A stretch of 64,000 bases of DNA from the IMG/VR virus record IMGVR_UViG_3300045988_067909. The stretch is one strand, 5' to 3'. The DNA is from a virus. Each line of letters opens with the position of its first letter. The first letter of the stretch is position 1. Of the stretch, positions 1-10,130 are shown in pieces. Under the pieces are notes generated by a model, which worked only from the letters and a program-made list of their open reading frames with translations, was not told the origin of the DNA and did not search any database. The position numbers were made by a program, and so were the translations under genes.

Positions 1-2
1 CT

Positions 3-224
3 CATAAAGAAGAACGTGACACTCTAGTAGCATATATCAAAGAAAAAGTTGATAGCTATGTGAAAGACCATCCAGAATTAGCTGACTTCAAAGGATTCGA
101 AAACAATGATAAAGCATCTTATAAACCAAATGGTAATTTCATTGTACCTGGTCAAAAGCTAAATGAACAAGCTATCTTAGATGCTAAAAAAGAATTCATG
201 AAGAATCGTAATAAGAAGAACTAA
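3..224 (+). CDS. 3' end of a gene running off the window start (74 codons, unknown product)
   Basis: Open frame from window edge to TAA at 222-224; no recognisable motif; the next ATG starts 1 nt after its stop. Confidence 0.4.
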   Translation, partial: HKEERDTLVAYIKEKVDSYVKDHPELADFKGFENNDKASYKPNGNFIVPGQKLNEQAILDAKKEFMKNRNKKN

Positions 225-225
225 T

Positions 226-507
226 ATGGCTAAGTCAATGTTTATTCAGGTCCATGAGTGTCCTGAATGTAGAAGTGAATCATTGTATCTTATATCACTT
301 AAAGGTGAACGTACTCCATATTTGAGCATCCTCAATAAGCATGATGATCCTCATAAATGGATTATGGATTATAAGCATGATTTCAAATTCAAATGTACCA
401 AGTGTGGTAAAGAATATGAAATCGATTGGAGATATGATGTACCAGTTCCAATAGACTGGTCTACACAGGCTATGCCTAAAGCTCTTGATGAGTTAACTCG
501 TGGATAA
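226..507 (+). CDS. small four-Cys zinc-ribbon protein
   Basis: 93 aa with CPEC and CTKC pairs (Cys12/15/57/60), ATG right after the upstream stop, followed by terminator hairpin. Confidence 0.55.
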   Translation: MAKSMFIQVHECPECRSESLYLISLKGERTPYLSILNKHDDPHKWIMDYKHDFKFKCTKCGKEYEIDWRYDVPVPIDWSTQAMPKALDELTRG

Positions 508-513
508 AACAAA

Positions 514-556
514 GTATACAGTATGGGACACTGTTCCCATACTGTATATTAATTTT
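514..556 (+). terminator. intrinsic terminator (palindrome ATACAGTATGGGACACTGTTCCCATACTGTAT + T-run)
   Basis: Perfect inverted repeat followed by TTAATTTTT; near-identical hairpin recurs at 54151-54181. Confidence 0.6.
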
Positions 557-597
557 TAGTGATATTTAAACAGACCTCTAATAAGGAGGGATATACT

Positions 598-3291
598 ATG
601 CGTATTACATACATAAGATTAGAGAATTATATAGGCATTTATAATGGACGTGGTGATGATGTATTAGAGATAGATTTATCTCAAAATGTGAATCCTATCG
701 TGATTATACGTGGCTCCAATGGTAGTGGTAAGAGTACATTGCTTAAATCGCTTACACCGATTAATGATGACTCTAATGCTATTGTTCCAGGGGTAACTGG
801 GAGAAAGGTTATACGATATTTACACAATGGTATAACTTATGAGATAGAATATGTGCACCCTATAGACAAAGAGGGTAAACGTAAACAGACTAGAGGTCAA
901 GTCTATAAATATGGGCCTAATGGTAAAGAAGAATTGAATCCGACTTGGAATGTAAGTTCTGCTAAAGATATCATTTATTCTTTATTTAACTTAGACTCTA
1001 ACTTCTTGGCATTAAGTCAACTATCTTCAGAAGATAGAGGGCTAGCTGATAAGAGACCAGCTGAACGTAAGTCATTTGTGTCTTCGATTATTAGTGGTAT
1101 CGAAGCATATAATGCTATGTATAAGATTATATCCAAGAAGCATTCTATGTATAAGAGTCTAATACAATCTTTGACAGCAAAGATTAACCGTATTGGTAAC
1201 AAGGAGGATTTAGATCTTAGATATAATACAATAACTAAGCAAGTTAGCCAAGCTATATCTGATAGAGATGCATCTATACAACGTATAGCTATTCTTAAAG
1301 CTAAACTAGATGAGAACAATGCAGAGAAGTTATTAGAAGAGTATAAGACCATTAATATCAGATACGAATCTATTAAGCAAGATCGTATAGCTCTTACTAA
1401 TACATTAAAACAGTCTCCGATATTTAGACATCAGATTGAGTATATCCATACTGTAGAAGAACGTGCTAAGCGTATTAAAGAATTAGAACGTCAACTAGAG
1501 CAAGATAAAGATAATCTTCCACGTTGGAGAGAAGCATTAGAGCGTACAAATAATGCTCATGACGAATGTGAAAGAAAGATAGCTAATATCAATACAGAAA
1601 TCAATAAGAAGAAATCTAGATTGGAGACTTTTATTGATGCTGATTTCTCAGATGAAGAATTTGGTAGATATAATGAAGCTGTAGCTAATCTTAAAGCTAT
1701 TGAAGATGATATAGCTAAATTACAATATCGTATAGATAGTAAATCTGAGTATGATAGACTTAAAGAGCTATTCGATATGATGGATAACTTCTCTTATGCT
1801 ATCATGGATAGATATGAACGCATTACTAGAGAAGATGTAGACACATTAGTAACCAGAAGCTCATCTTTCTATGAACGTACATTGGCTACTATAACTAAAG
1901 AGATTGAAGAGTGTACTAAAGAACGTATATCCACAGAAGCAGATATTGGATTCTATGAGTCTTTAGTAGAGAAAACTAAGAATCTTGAGCTTAAACCTAA
2001 AGATTGTAAGTTTACTGACTGTGTATTCATAGTAGAAGCTATTGAAGCTGATAAGAAGAAGCCTAAAGATGCTTTAGTTAGATTAACTACTAAGCTTAAA
2101 GACTTAGAAGATAAACTAAAAGAGCTTAATAATGATTTACATCTTACCAATGAAGCTAAATCATTCATGGATAAACTAGAAGCATTAGAGTTTGTATATG
2201 GAAGTAATAAACAATACCTATCTAAGATAGGTGCTGATGATATTTGGAAAGGATTCATAGAATCTATTACCAATAATACTACAGCTAAGTTCTTAGAAGA
2301 GTATGTCTATAGAGCGACTAACTCATATAACTTGCTTGAAGCTAAAGAGTCTGTATCTAAGATAGTAGACTCTCTTAAAGAATCAGCTATTAAGTATAAT
2401 GCTAATAAGTCCATCATTGATGAAATCAATAGTGATATTGATAGAATGACAAAAGAATGTAATGGCTATGAGATAGAACTAAGTGATCTTAGAGGAGAAA
2501 GAGCTGATTATGATCTTTTAGTTATGGAAACAGACTATGCTATTAGAGAATCTGAAACTAATCTTCCTCATTTAGATAGAATTCAAGAGATTGATCTAGA
2601 AATGAGAGAATTGGAGAAGAAAGCTAATGAGTCTAAAGCTAAACGTGATCTAATCAAGGAACTTAATGCTAAGATTCTTGAAGAATCAGCTGTAGCTGAA
2701 AGATGTAAGGATAATTACAATGAGCTTATAGCTCAACGTGATGATATCGCTCATAATAAGATTCTTATTGATGAATATCATAAGGAAATGCAAGAGTATA
2801 CTGATAACTACGAACGTATCGAAGCTATCAAGTATTATGTATCTCCGAATACTGGTATCCAGACTATATTCATTGGTGCTTATATGAATGATATCATGGT
2901 AAAGGCTAATGAATTGGCTTCATGTATCTTTGGTGGTGAATTCGTTATTCAACCATTCGTTATTAATGAAACAGAGTTTAGAATTCCATGCTTAGGTAGT
3001 GGATTGATGAATGATGATATCTCTTCTATGAGTACATCACAAATCTGTATGCTATCTATGATTATTAGCTTTGCTATCTTAGCTAATGCTAGTACTGATT
3101 ATAATATCCTTAAACTAGATGAGATTGATGGTGGTTTAGACACTGAAAATCGTATTCAGTTTATTACCCTACTGGGGAATCTTATTTCGATGGTTGGGTG
3201 TGAACAATGCTTCCTAATCAGCCACAATATGGAGTATTCAGACAGGGTAAGTGTAATAGATATGACAGCTAGACCAGTTGAGGTGAGATAA
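598..3291 (+). CDS. sbcC: SbcC/Rad50-like recombination/repair ATPase (T4 gp46-like)
   Basis: Walker A GSNGSGKST near N-terminus, long coiled-coil middle, C-terminal Walker B ILKLDEIDGGLD and H-loop LISHN; ATG at 598 preceded by TAAGGAGGG. Confidence 0.85.
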   Translation: MRITYIRLENYIGIYNGRGDDVLEIDLSQNVNPIVIIRGSNGSGKSTLLKSLTPINDDSNAIVPGVTGRKVIRYLHNGITYEIEYVHPIDKEGKRKQTRGQVYKYGPNGKEELNPTWNVSSAKDIIYSLFNLDSNFLALSQLSSEDRGLADKRPAERKSFVSSIISGIEAYNAMYKIISKKHSMYKSLIQSLTAKINRIGNKEDLDLRYNTITKQVSQAISDRDASIQRIAILKAKLDENNAEKLLEEYKTINIRYESIKQDRIALTNTLKQSPIFRHQIEYIHTVEERAKRIKELERQLEQDKDNLPRWREALERTNNAHDECERKIANINTEINKKKSRLETFIDADFSDEEFGRYNEAVANLKAIEDDIAKLQYRIDSKSEYDRLKELFDMMDNFSYAIMDRYERITREDVDTLVTRSSSFYERTLATITKEIEECTKERISTEADIGFYESLVEKTKNLELKPKDCKFTDCVFIVEAIEADKKKPKDALVRLTTKLKDLEDKLKELNNDLHLTNEAKSFMDKLEALEFVYGSNKQYLSKIGADDIWKGFIESITNNTTAKFLEEYVYRATNSYNLLEAKESVSKIVDSLKESAIKYNANKSIIDEINSDIDRMTKECNGYEIELSDLRGERADYDLLVMETDYAIRESETNLPHLDRIQEIDLEMRELEKKANESKAKRDLIKELNAKILEESAVAERCKDNYNELIAQRDDIAHNKILIDEYHKEMQEYTDNYERIEAIKYYVSPNTGIQTIFIGAYMNDIMVKANELASCIFGGEFVIQPFVINETEFRIPCLGSGLMNDDISSMSTSQICMLSMIISFAILANASTDYNILKLDEIDGGLDTENRIQFITLLGNLISMVGCEQCFLISHNMEYSDRVSVIDMTARPVEVR

Positions 3292-3573
3292 ATGAAATCA
3301 TTTATCCAAATAAAAGAGAAAATAGAACGATTCCTTGCTACTGTACTAGTTATCCTAGCACCGATTGGTTGTATATTTGCAGGTCTTGCATGGGTATACT
3401 CATATATAGGGTGTACCCGTGCACATAATAGTATAAGCTATATAGCCTACGATATAATAGGTCCTGCAATTTTAGTTACTGGTTTGGTGGCTATGGTAAT
3501 TTGGACACCTCAGGTTATATGGTACATATTGTCGTATTTATTCAAAAGGATTAAGAAAGCATGGAAAAACTAA
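3292..3573 (+). CDS. small membrane protein
   Basis: 93 aa, two long hydrophobic segments; ATG abuts stop of sbcC-like gene. Confidence 0.5.
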   Translation: MKSFIQIKEKIERFLATVLVILAPIGCIFAGLAWVYSYIGCTRAHNSISYIAYDIIGPAILVTGLVAMVIWTPQVIWYILSYLFKRIKKAWKN

Positions 3574-3827
3574 AGAATTTCATTAAACGAGAGATAGTTA
3601 TTCTTCTCTGTGGGCCATTAATAACTTGTCTTGTACTTGTATTGTGTAAGATCCTTAACCATATATCCTTAGAGTTATATGGTGAAGGGTCTTTACCGTA
3701 TATTATGGGGGTACAGGCAGAAACGTTTCTATATACCCTATGTATAATGCTTATACTAGGATTGACGTTTGTAAATATATTTTTATTAATTGCTTCAGCT
3801 ATAATAGTTGAGAAAGAAATCAGATAA
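3561..3827 (+). CDS. small membrane protein
   Basis: 88 aa, hydrophobic throughout; overlaps previous ORF by 13 nt. Confidence 0.45.
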   Translation: MEKLKNFIKREIVILLCGPLITCLVLVLCKILNHISLELYGEGSLPYIMGVQAETFLYTLCIMLILGLTFVNIFLLIASAIIVEKEIR

Positions 3828-3839
3828 TGGGGTGAAGAG

Positions 3840-4358
3840 ATGTTAGTATCAATGATAGTTGCACATGACTTAAATAACGGTATAGGTAAAGATGGTAAGC
3901 TATTATGGTATATACCTAAAGACCTAAAACATTTTAAGAAAACAACTCTAGGTTGTACTGTAGTCATGGGTAGAAAAACCTATGAATCTCTTCCTAACGC
4001 ATTACCACATAGAGAAAATTGGATTCTCACTAATGATAAATCATATGTACCTAAACAACGATTCAATGACAAGGTTAAAGTATTTCATTCTAAAGAAGAA
4101 GTACTAGCTGAAGCTGAACGTCTTAGAAAGGCTAATATATTTATCATTGGTGGTGGAGAAATCTATAAATTATTCTTAGATGATGCTACTGATATTATAG
4201 CTACAGTGGTTAATGAGAAGCTACCAGCTGACACTTTCTTTCCTAAACTAAAACGAGGTGAATGGGAGAAAGTAAAAGTTGTAAATGAATCTGAAGTTGT
4301 AGACCGTAGACATTATAGTTTTAAGTTTGTAACTATGAAACGAAAGGAGAGAAAATAA
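3840..4358 (+). CDS. frd: dihydrofolate reductase
   Basis: N-terminal MIVAHDLNNGIGKDGKLLW..LKHFKKTTLG..VVMGRKTYESLP..IIGGGEIY matches the DHFR fold signature (compare E. coli FolA MISLIAA..NAMPW..VIMGRHTWESI..VIGGGRVY). Confidence 0.85.
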   Translation: MLVSMIVAHDLNNGIGKDGKLLWYIPKDLKHFKKTTLGCTVVMGRKTYESLPNALPHRENWILTNDKSYVPKQRFNDKVKVFHSKEEVLAEAERLRKANIFIIGGGEIYKLFLDDATDIIATVVNEKLPADTFFPKLKRGEWEKVKVVNESEVVDRRHYSFKFVTMKRKERK

Positions 4359-4705
4359 TGGCATGTATTGATGATGAATTAGCCCAAGTGACCTATGAGG
4401 TTTTAGAAACTGTACCAAAGTCTATATCTAGAACCATGCATGGTATAAACCCATGGTATATTGAAGTAAGTGATTATATATTAACCTATGAGGATAAGGA
4501 TAAATATAAACTTAGTCTTCATCAGCATGGTAAATGTATCTATGGTAAAGCTATTTACAGTTCTCATTACTTTAAAGCATTCGTACAAAAATTGTATGAT
4601 AGCTTATTCATGAGTGGTAAAGTAGTACCAGATACTAGTAATAACCCTTGGCTAATTAAGGTAAGAACTCTACATAATTTATTAAGATCAAGATACGGAG
4701 AGTAA
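4358..4705 (+). CDS. hypothetical protein
   Basis: 115 aa ORF, ATGA overlap with frd stop (translational coupling). Confidence 0.5.
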   Translation: MACIDDELAQVTYEVLETVPKSISRTMHGINPWYIEVSDYILTYEDKDKYKLSLHQHGKCIYGKAIYSSHYFKAFVQKLYDSLFMSGKVVPDTSNNPWLIKVRTLHNLLRSRYGE

Positions 4706-4710
4706 TTAAA

Positions 4711-5904
4711 ATGAAAAATGAAGAAATCGTAGCTAAACTTAGAGAATCACTTATTAATATTAGTAGTAGAATGGTGGAGCCATTAGTTGCTAGCAAATAC
4801 GAACACGTCTTTATATTAGATAAGGATATATCTGATTGTAATGAGTCAATCAAAATCGAAGTGACTATTCAATCTAATAAAAATATCCCACAAGCTGTAA
4901 TAAAAACTGAAACAAAAACAACTACACCACCTAAAGGGTATAATAAGGAAATAACTATTGATACTACACCAATGATCATTAGTCTTATAGATGACGCTAG
5001 TTTCTCTGAAGTGGCTAAATACATTTCAGACTTAGCATACAATCTAAGTGATGTCATTAATGAATATGCGAATATAGAAGCTCTAGCAGAATTGGAATCT
5101 AGTATTCTAATGGTAAGTCGAGGACTATTTGATTATACTGTCATCTTACCAGAATCTAATACATCTATCGACTATAGAGTAGTACAAGAGCTTTCTGAAG
5201 ATGATAATCTATATGAAGTATATACTAGATTCAATGGTATGATTATGTATGCAAAATCTGCACATTCTATACCTGGAGCAGTATCTGTAATAAAAGATAT
5301 TTACCCTAAAAATATATCTGAATGCTGGTGGAGATTAGATCTCATTTCTTTGATGACTAAGCTATTCAATGTTAAAGAACCAAAGATAATTGATAATAAG
5401 ACTTATGTTGAATATATTGGCGAATTCAGTTTACCAACTAATAGAAAGATTGATTGTAATTGCTGGCTTAAAGTCACAAAAAGCAATATAAATGAACAGT
5501 CTAAACTATATATCGAATCTAACACATTGACTCCGTATATTAGTATCAAAGTAGCTCTTGATGGGTTTGATAATATTGTCGGTTATGCTTATAATGCTAT
5601 GAATAAGATAGCTGGCATTATTAGAATTCTAGATACTATGAAAATTGATGATGGTATGACATTGTATCAGCTATTAGCACGTGCATGTAAGCCTAGTGCT
5701 CATATTGAAATTACATGTCACAATAGTAATATGGTTCTTATCTCTTATTATGAAAATGGTAAGCATAATAATATTTGGGTATCATTCCCTAGTCATAATA
5801 GACCTAATATTACTATTGGGGATAACTATGAGATTAGTGAAGCATGTGATAGCTTAGAAGAAGCTGTACTTAAGGTTATCACTGAAGCACGTAAAGATAA
5901 ATAA
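4711..5904 (+). CDS. hypothetical protein
   Basis: 397 aa ORF, compact spacing, no recognisable motif. Confidence 0.6.
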   Translation: MKNEEIVAKLRESLINISSRMVEPLVASKYEHVFILDKDISDCNESIKIEVTIQSNKNIPQAVIKTETKTTTPPKGYNKEITIDTTPMIISLIDDASFSEVAKYISDLAYNLSDVINEYANIEALAELESSILMVSRGLFDYTVILPESNTSIDYRVVQELSEDDNLYEVYTRFNGMIMYAKSAHSIPGAVSVIKDIYPKNISECWWRLDLISLMTKLFNVKEPKIIDNKTYVEYIGEFSLPTNRKIDCNCWLKVTKSNINEQSKLYIESNTLTPYISIKVALDGFDNIVGYAYNAMNKIAGIIRILDTMKIDDGMTLYQLLARACKPSAHIEITCHNSNMVLISYYENGKHNNIWVSFPSHNRPNITIGDNYEISEACDSLEEAVLKVITEARKDK

Positions 5905-5927
5905 CAGTTTCATACGAGGTGAGTGAT

Positions 5928-6524
5928 ATGAAAGAAACAAGTATAGTTGAAAATACGTTAGCTGCTATCGAAGAGATAATCAATATCGAATTTGATATGT
6001 CTCCGGATGAAAGCTATGAACGAAAGTCTTACTATGGTGAGGGTACATTATTCGGTGCAGATATTGGTATATCTGTAATATTCGAAGATGATAATATTAA
6101 ACAGCTTATTATCGAATCTATACCAGGTGGTAATAGTTATGGTATTGGATATGTATCTGTAATTAAGGATGAGCATGAGACATCTGATTTATCTCATTCT
6201 ATCCCATTAGCTATTGATGGTATTATTAAGATGCGTAAGCTCTTAAGATATATTAGCGAAGAAGATAAGCAATTCATTCGTGATAACGAAGGCATTCTTA
6301 CTATTATTGGTAAGACATACACTAATGAGTATAAACAGATTGTATCACAACTAAATACAATGGAATTATGCTTTGAATATATTCCATTGTGTATTTCTAG
6401 TTATGATGGTATCTTGTTAGAATATGCTTTTGATGTACGTACAACTAAAGACTATTCTATTGTAAAAGCTGGTCTTACTATAGACGAGGCTATCAAATAC
6501 GTTAGAGAAAATAGCGGTAAGTAA
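5928..6524 (+). CDS. hypothetical protein
   Basis: ATG at 5928 with GAGGTG 6 nt upstream (an in-frame GTG at 5919 is also possible); followed by terminator. Confidence 0.55.
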   Translation: MKETSIVENTLAAIEEIINIEFDMSPDESYERKSYYGEGTLFGADIGISVIFEDDNIKQLIIESIPGGNSYGIGYVSVIKDEHETSDLSHSIPLAIDGIIKMRKLLRYISEEDKQFIRDNEGILTIIGKTYTNEYKQIVSQLNTMELCFEYIPLCISSYDGILLEYAFDVRTTKDYSIVKAGLTIDEAIKYVRENSGK

Positions 6525-6533
6525 AACAAAATT

Positions 6534-6570
6534 ACAGGTACTGGAATTTCCAGTACCTGTATATTTTTTA
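6534..6570 (+). terminator. intrinsic terminator
   Basis: ACAGGTACTGGAATTTCCAGTACCTGT perfect hairpin followed by ATATTTTTT. Confidence 0.7.
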
Positions 6571-6571
6571 T

Positions 6572-6634
6572 AATCGTAAAACTCTTTTTTTTTAGTTGTA
6601 TACTATAATGGTAATATCATGGTTATATATTTAT
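6572..6634 (+). promoter_or_regulatory. conserved phage promoter-like module copy 1 (ATCGTAAAACT + T-run + AGTTGTATACTATAATGGTAATATCATGGTTATATATTTA)
   Basis: Near-identical sequence recurs at at least 15 sites, always between a terminator and an RBS/ATG. Confidence 0.65.
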
Positions 6635-6661
6635 TAGTTAATTAGAAAGGAGATATATATC

Positions 6662-7183
6662 ATGTATTTACAACAATTAACAGAAACTTCCGGGGTCGAA
6701 ATCACACATTGGTTTGAAAATACTTTCTTTATTTCTAACAATGTTACAAAACGTGGCATCATTGATGTTGGTGATGGTGGTAAAGTCGAACGTGCTTCTT
6801 TAGAATACTTTTCCAATTATATTGGAGCGGTCGAAATTGTTAAATGGGTACCGAATTCCAATAGTGAAATTGAGGAGTATTTTACCAAGTATCTCGCAAT
6901 GGTGATTGCTATGGATCACGATATCGAAAGTGATCCAAACAAAATTGAAGCGATGAAAACATTGCTCAATTTGCACGGTACTTTATTCATTGAAAACGAT
7001 ACTACAGTATTTAAGTTTAAAGACTTAGGCACTATTGCACCGTTTGAAGATGATAGCTGGTACGTCTGTCCTGATGGTGCAGACAATGTACTTTGTAAGA
7101 CTTTAGCCGAAGCGGCTAAAGTGATGGCAGAGTATAAAGCAAAATTAGAAGAGAAACCTGTTCTCTTCAAAAACATTATCTAA
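6662..7183 (+). CDS. hypothetical protein (cassette gene)
   Basis: 173 aa ORF with AAAGGAG RBS; visibly more G/C-rich than flanking DNA; bounded by promoter module and terminator. Confidence 0.6.
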   Translation: MYLQQLTETSGVEITHWFENTFFISNNVTKRGIIDVGDGGKVERASLEYFSNYIGAVEIVKWVPNSNSEIEEYFTKYLAMVIAMDHDIESDPNKIEAMKTLLNLHGTLFIENDTTVFKFKDLGTIAPFEDDSWYVCPDGADNVLCKTLAEAAKVMAEYKAKLEEKPVLFKNII

Positions 7184-7193
7184 AAAGAATATC

Positions 7194-7237
7194 ACAGGAT
7201 AGGACATTGTCCTATCCTGTATACTTTTCTTTTTTCT
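7194..7237 (+). terminator. intrinsic terminator
   Basis: ACAGGATAGGACATTGTCCTATCCTGT hairpin + ATACTTTTCTTTTTTCT. Confidence 0.7.
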
Positions 7238-7320
7238 ATGATACTGAGGGTATAATGATAATATCGTAAAACTGTTTTTTTAGTTGTATAATATAATGGT
7301 AATATCATGGTTATATATTT
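7238..7320 (+). promoter_or_regulatory. promoter-like module copy 2 (elements A and B both present: CTATGATACTGAGGGTATAATGATAATATCGTAAAACT + TAGTTGTATAATATAATGGTAATATCATGGTTATATATTT)
   Basis: Sequence identity to copies 1, 4, 5, 6, 9. Confidence 0.65.
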
Positions 7321-7346
7321 AGTTAATTAGAAAGGAGATATATATC

Positions 7347-7805
7347 ATGAAATTCGTAATAGTACCTTGGTGGCAAAATGAAGACTATCTTGTAGTAAGA
7401 GCTATCCCTACTACGAAAGTAGAAAGGAACTCTTTAGAGATTCTAAAGTATGACATACAAGACGACTATGGTTATTGGGAACCACAAAAATTAGGGTTTG
7501 AGTTAGGCACTAAATACCTAAACGCCCTAGGATACCCAAACCTAACATTTTGGGGTGAGGATAGTCCGATAGAATGTCGGTTTGACCCAAGAGAACCAGA
7601 GGGTTATCAGTCTTACGATGTCACTGCTGCACCTCGAGATGTCGAGGTAATGGTTGCAGGCTATCGTTTACTAGGTCGTCATCGCAAGGTTGCCCGTATA
7701 CTTAAGGAAGTAAAAAGAAAAAATAAAGTATTCAATGAAGAAATTCTTCGTCATATGGATACTTGGGGATACCAAATTCCATACAGCACAGAGGAAGAAG
7801 AGTAG
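7347..7805 (+). CDS. hypothetical protein, paralog of 11434-11844
   Basis: 152 aa; shares AIPTTKVER and AGYRLLGRHRKVARILK blocks with the 136-aa ORF at 11434; G/C-richer than surroundings. Confidence 0.6.
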   Translation: MKFVIVPWWQNEDYLVVRAIPTTKVERNSLEILKYDIQDDYGYWEPQKLGFELGTKYLNALGYPNLTFWGEDSPIECRFDPREPEGYQSYDVTAAPRDVEVMVAGYRLLGRHRKVARILKEVKRKNKVFNEEILRHMDTWGYQIPYSTEEEE

Positions 7806-7840
7806 GGTTTCCCTACTCTTCTCTCTTTTCTTTTTTTCTT
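7801..7840 (+). terminator. intrinsic terminator
   Basis: AGTAGGGTTTCCCTACT hairpin followed by long CT/T-run. Confidence 0.6.
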
Positions 7841-7847
7841 AGAGTAA

Positions 7848-7893
7848 TAAAAATTATGGTTATATAATATAGCTATGACTCATTGGTTATATT
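7848..7893 (+). promoter_or_regulatory. promoter-like module copy 3 (variant with two TGGTTATAT cores)
   Basis: TATGGTTATATAATATAGCTATGACTCATTGGTTATATTTAATTT precedes RBS AAAGGAGG. Confidence 0.5.
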
Positions 7894-7914
7894 TAATTTA
7901 AAGGAGGATTTAAA

Positions 7915-8382
7915 ATGAGTGGATTTATTGTTAGTGAAATTAAGAGTACAGAGCGTACTAAAAGGGACTTGTTTATAGATTTTCATAATTTTATAGGCTG
8001 TCTACCGTTAGGCACACATCAAAAGAAGTCAGTAGATAATGCTAGAAATAAACGTGTTGAAATTATCATAAGTGATACTGAAGATGAGGCTACTTTGATC
8101 ATAAAAGATCTTAATGTGGCTATAGAATATCGTCTATATGATAGACCGTTTGGTTTTAAAACCATTAAAGTAGATGATATTATTTATAATAATTTTGATA
8201 ACCTACATGAGATTGATACAATGGTAATAAAAAAGATAGTAGATAGTTTATTATATTGGGCTGCTAGTGCTTCTGATGGTAAACCGTATATTTTACCTAT
8301 GCATATATTTGATATGGCTACACGTATATATCAAGCATGTATCTTTATTGATTTTGCTAGACCGTTGGATGAGATTAATTAG
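7915..8382 (+). CDS. hypothetical protein
   Basis: 155 aa ORF with AAAGGAGG RBS. Confidence 0.55.
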   Translation: MSGFIVSEIKSTERTKRDLFIDFHNFIGCLPLGTHQKKSVDNARNKRVEIIISDTEDEATLIIKDLNVAIEYRLYDRPFGFKTIKVDDIIYNNFDNLHEIDTMVIKKIVDSLLYWAASASDGKPYILPMHIFDMATRIYQACIFIDFARPLDEIN

Positions 8383-8394
8383 GAGGATAAAACT

Positions 8395-8895
8395 ATGAGT
8401 GAAATTAAAGATCTTTATGATGGCAAGTATCATCTTGTAAACAATGAGATTCTAAAGTACTTAAATAAGTTCTTTGGAAGTTTTAGTCCACTAGCTATTG
8501 GTGGAGAAACACCTGAGGGTGTAGATATTGAACCACCGATGGAAATAGTGAAAACTATGGAAACTAATTATGGCAATTGTAAGTGTACAATGAATCTATT
8601 AGACTTGAATATGAAATTCCATCTACTAGAAGTAATGGATGCTGAAACTAAAAGATTCACTTACATCTTTTATGCTTTGGAATTACCTACTGGTATCCAA
8701 GCAGGACAATTCTCTATTGGTGCTATAAAAGCAGAAATATTACGTGAAGCATTAGAGTATGTATGGAAGACTCTAATGTCTAGTTCTAAGTATAATGATA
8801 TTGGTATTGATAGTACAGATGCATATGAATTGCATTCTATTATTGATTATATCTATTATACTAAAACAGTAACTAGTTATGGATTCGATTTTTAA
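8395..8895 (+). CDS. hypothetical protein
   Basis: 166 aa ORF with TAGGAGG RBS. Confidence 0.55.
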   Translation: MSEIKDLYDGKYHLVNNEILKYLNKFFGSFSPLAIGGETPEGVDIEPPMEIVKTMETNYGNCKCTMNLLDLNMKFHLLEVMDAETKRFTYIFYALELPTGIQAGQFSIGAIKAEILREALEYVWKTLMSSSKYNDIGIDSTDAYELHSIIDYIYYTKTVTSYGFDF

Positions 8896-8908
8896 TAAGG
8901 GGTGTATT

Positions 8909-9409
8909 ATGAGTGAGTTTTTAAGAATAGCTAAAGAAGAAGATTTTGTATATGAAAAATATATACCAAGATTATTTAACGACTTCTTTAGTCGTGTACC
9001 ATTTGACAATGAAGATTTCAATTACTTCATCAAGAAGAATAGAATTGTAAATATACTAGAATCGAGTAATAACTATATCGGTTATGGCATTCATTTACAA
9101 GATATCAATGTATATATTGTATTACAGTTCAAATGTGTTGATGGATACATTACTGATACTAGAGTGGATTATTTTGTATTAGATCCATTTGGTAAAAATC
9201 CAGTAACTGTATTGAATAGGTATGCCTATAAATTAGATAGGGATATCGTTCGTGCTATATTTGATGATATGGCTAAGCTAATGGCAGAATTCAAATTTGA
9301 TTATCCTGAACACAATAGAATAAACGATAAGGAATTCTTTGACTTAGCGCAAGACTATTTTTATTTAGCAACTAAGGATGCTATTTATAATCCACAGGAG
9401 GAATATTAA
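8909..9409 (+). CDS. hypothetical protein
   Basis: ATG at 8909 preceded by AAGGGGTG; in frame with longer 8879 ORF. Confidence 0.5.
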   Translation: MSEFLRIAKEEDFVYEKYIPRLFNDFFSRVPFDNEDFNYFIKKNRIVNILESSNNYIGYGIHLQDINVYIVLQFKCVDGYITDTRVDYFVLDPFGKNPVTVLNRYAYKLDRDIVRAIFDDMAKLMAEFKFDYPEHNRINDKEFFDLAQDYFYLATKDAIYNPQEEY

Positions 9410-9410
9410 G

Positions 9411-10106
9411 ATGAACTGGAACTATACTATTGATGAAACTAAAAATAATAGCCCATTAGACTTGGCTAAAGAGATTATAGAACTCGTTAGCCCTGATGGT
9501 TATGGGCATTATAATCAGTATGGTGGATATGAAAATATTCATTATGGAGAAGTAAATATCACACGCAATACCAAATTGCATGAATTAGTATATGCTTCTA
9601 AAAATTATGGTGATATCATTGTCAAAGTAATTGAGCGTAATAATGTTGATGTATGCTATAATACAGTATGTGATATTATGATAGGTGATAAGCAATTCTT
9701 AGTTGATAGTGATCCTAAAGATGAAAGTGAGCGTTATTTCTCTTTCAACTATATGACTTGTGATCCAGAAACTGAAGAATATGTAGAAATCTCTGATACA
9801 GAATGCTTAGTAAAAGATTTAAAATATCTTTGTGAAGCATTGTTAGATATGGTAGAAACTAGTGGTGTAAAACATGGGTATCGGATTAATACTTACATGC
9901 TAAAGTACACACTAGACTATATCCAAATGGTTGAAGATGGTGAATTCGTTATAGATGATTTCTTCAACCATAATGATAGCTATTATTATAGTGCACATAC
10001 AAGAGCACATTATTTTGACGACCCAGAACCAAGACCAAACCCATATAAAGATCCTGAGTTTGATGAAGAATTCTGGGAAGCAGTAGAAAATAGAATGGAA
10101 AAATAA
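9411..10106 (+). CDS. hypothetical acidic protein
   Basis: ATG at 9411 preceded by CAGGAGGAATATTAAG; Asp/Glu/Tyr-rich C-terminus. Confidence 0.55.
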   Translation: MNWNYTIDETKNNSPLDLAKEIIELVSPDGYGHYNQYGGYENIHYGEVNITRNTKLHELVYASKNYGDIIVKVIERNNVDVCYNTVCDIMIGDKQFLVDSDPKDESERYFSFNYMTCDPETEEYVEISDTECLVKDLKYLCEALLDMVETSGVKHGYRINTYMLKYTLDYIQMVEDGEFVIDDFFNHNDSYYYSAHTRAHYFDDPEPRPNPYKDPEFDEEFWEAVENRMEK

Positions 10107-10130
10107 TTATTATTTAGGAGGACTTTAACA

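Noticed and set aside
6572-6634. Reading the repeated module as a host sigma-70/sigma-A promoter (TTGTAT as -35, TATAAT or TATATA as -10)
   Set aside because: Perfect TATAAT copies exist, but no arrangement gives a 16-18 bp spacer to a TTGACA-like hexamer. The T-run length between the two halves also varies (7-9 T). It is kept as a promoter-like module of unknown polymerase specificity.
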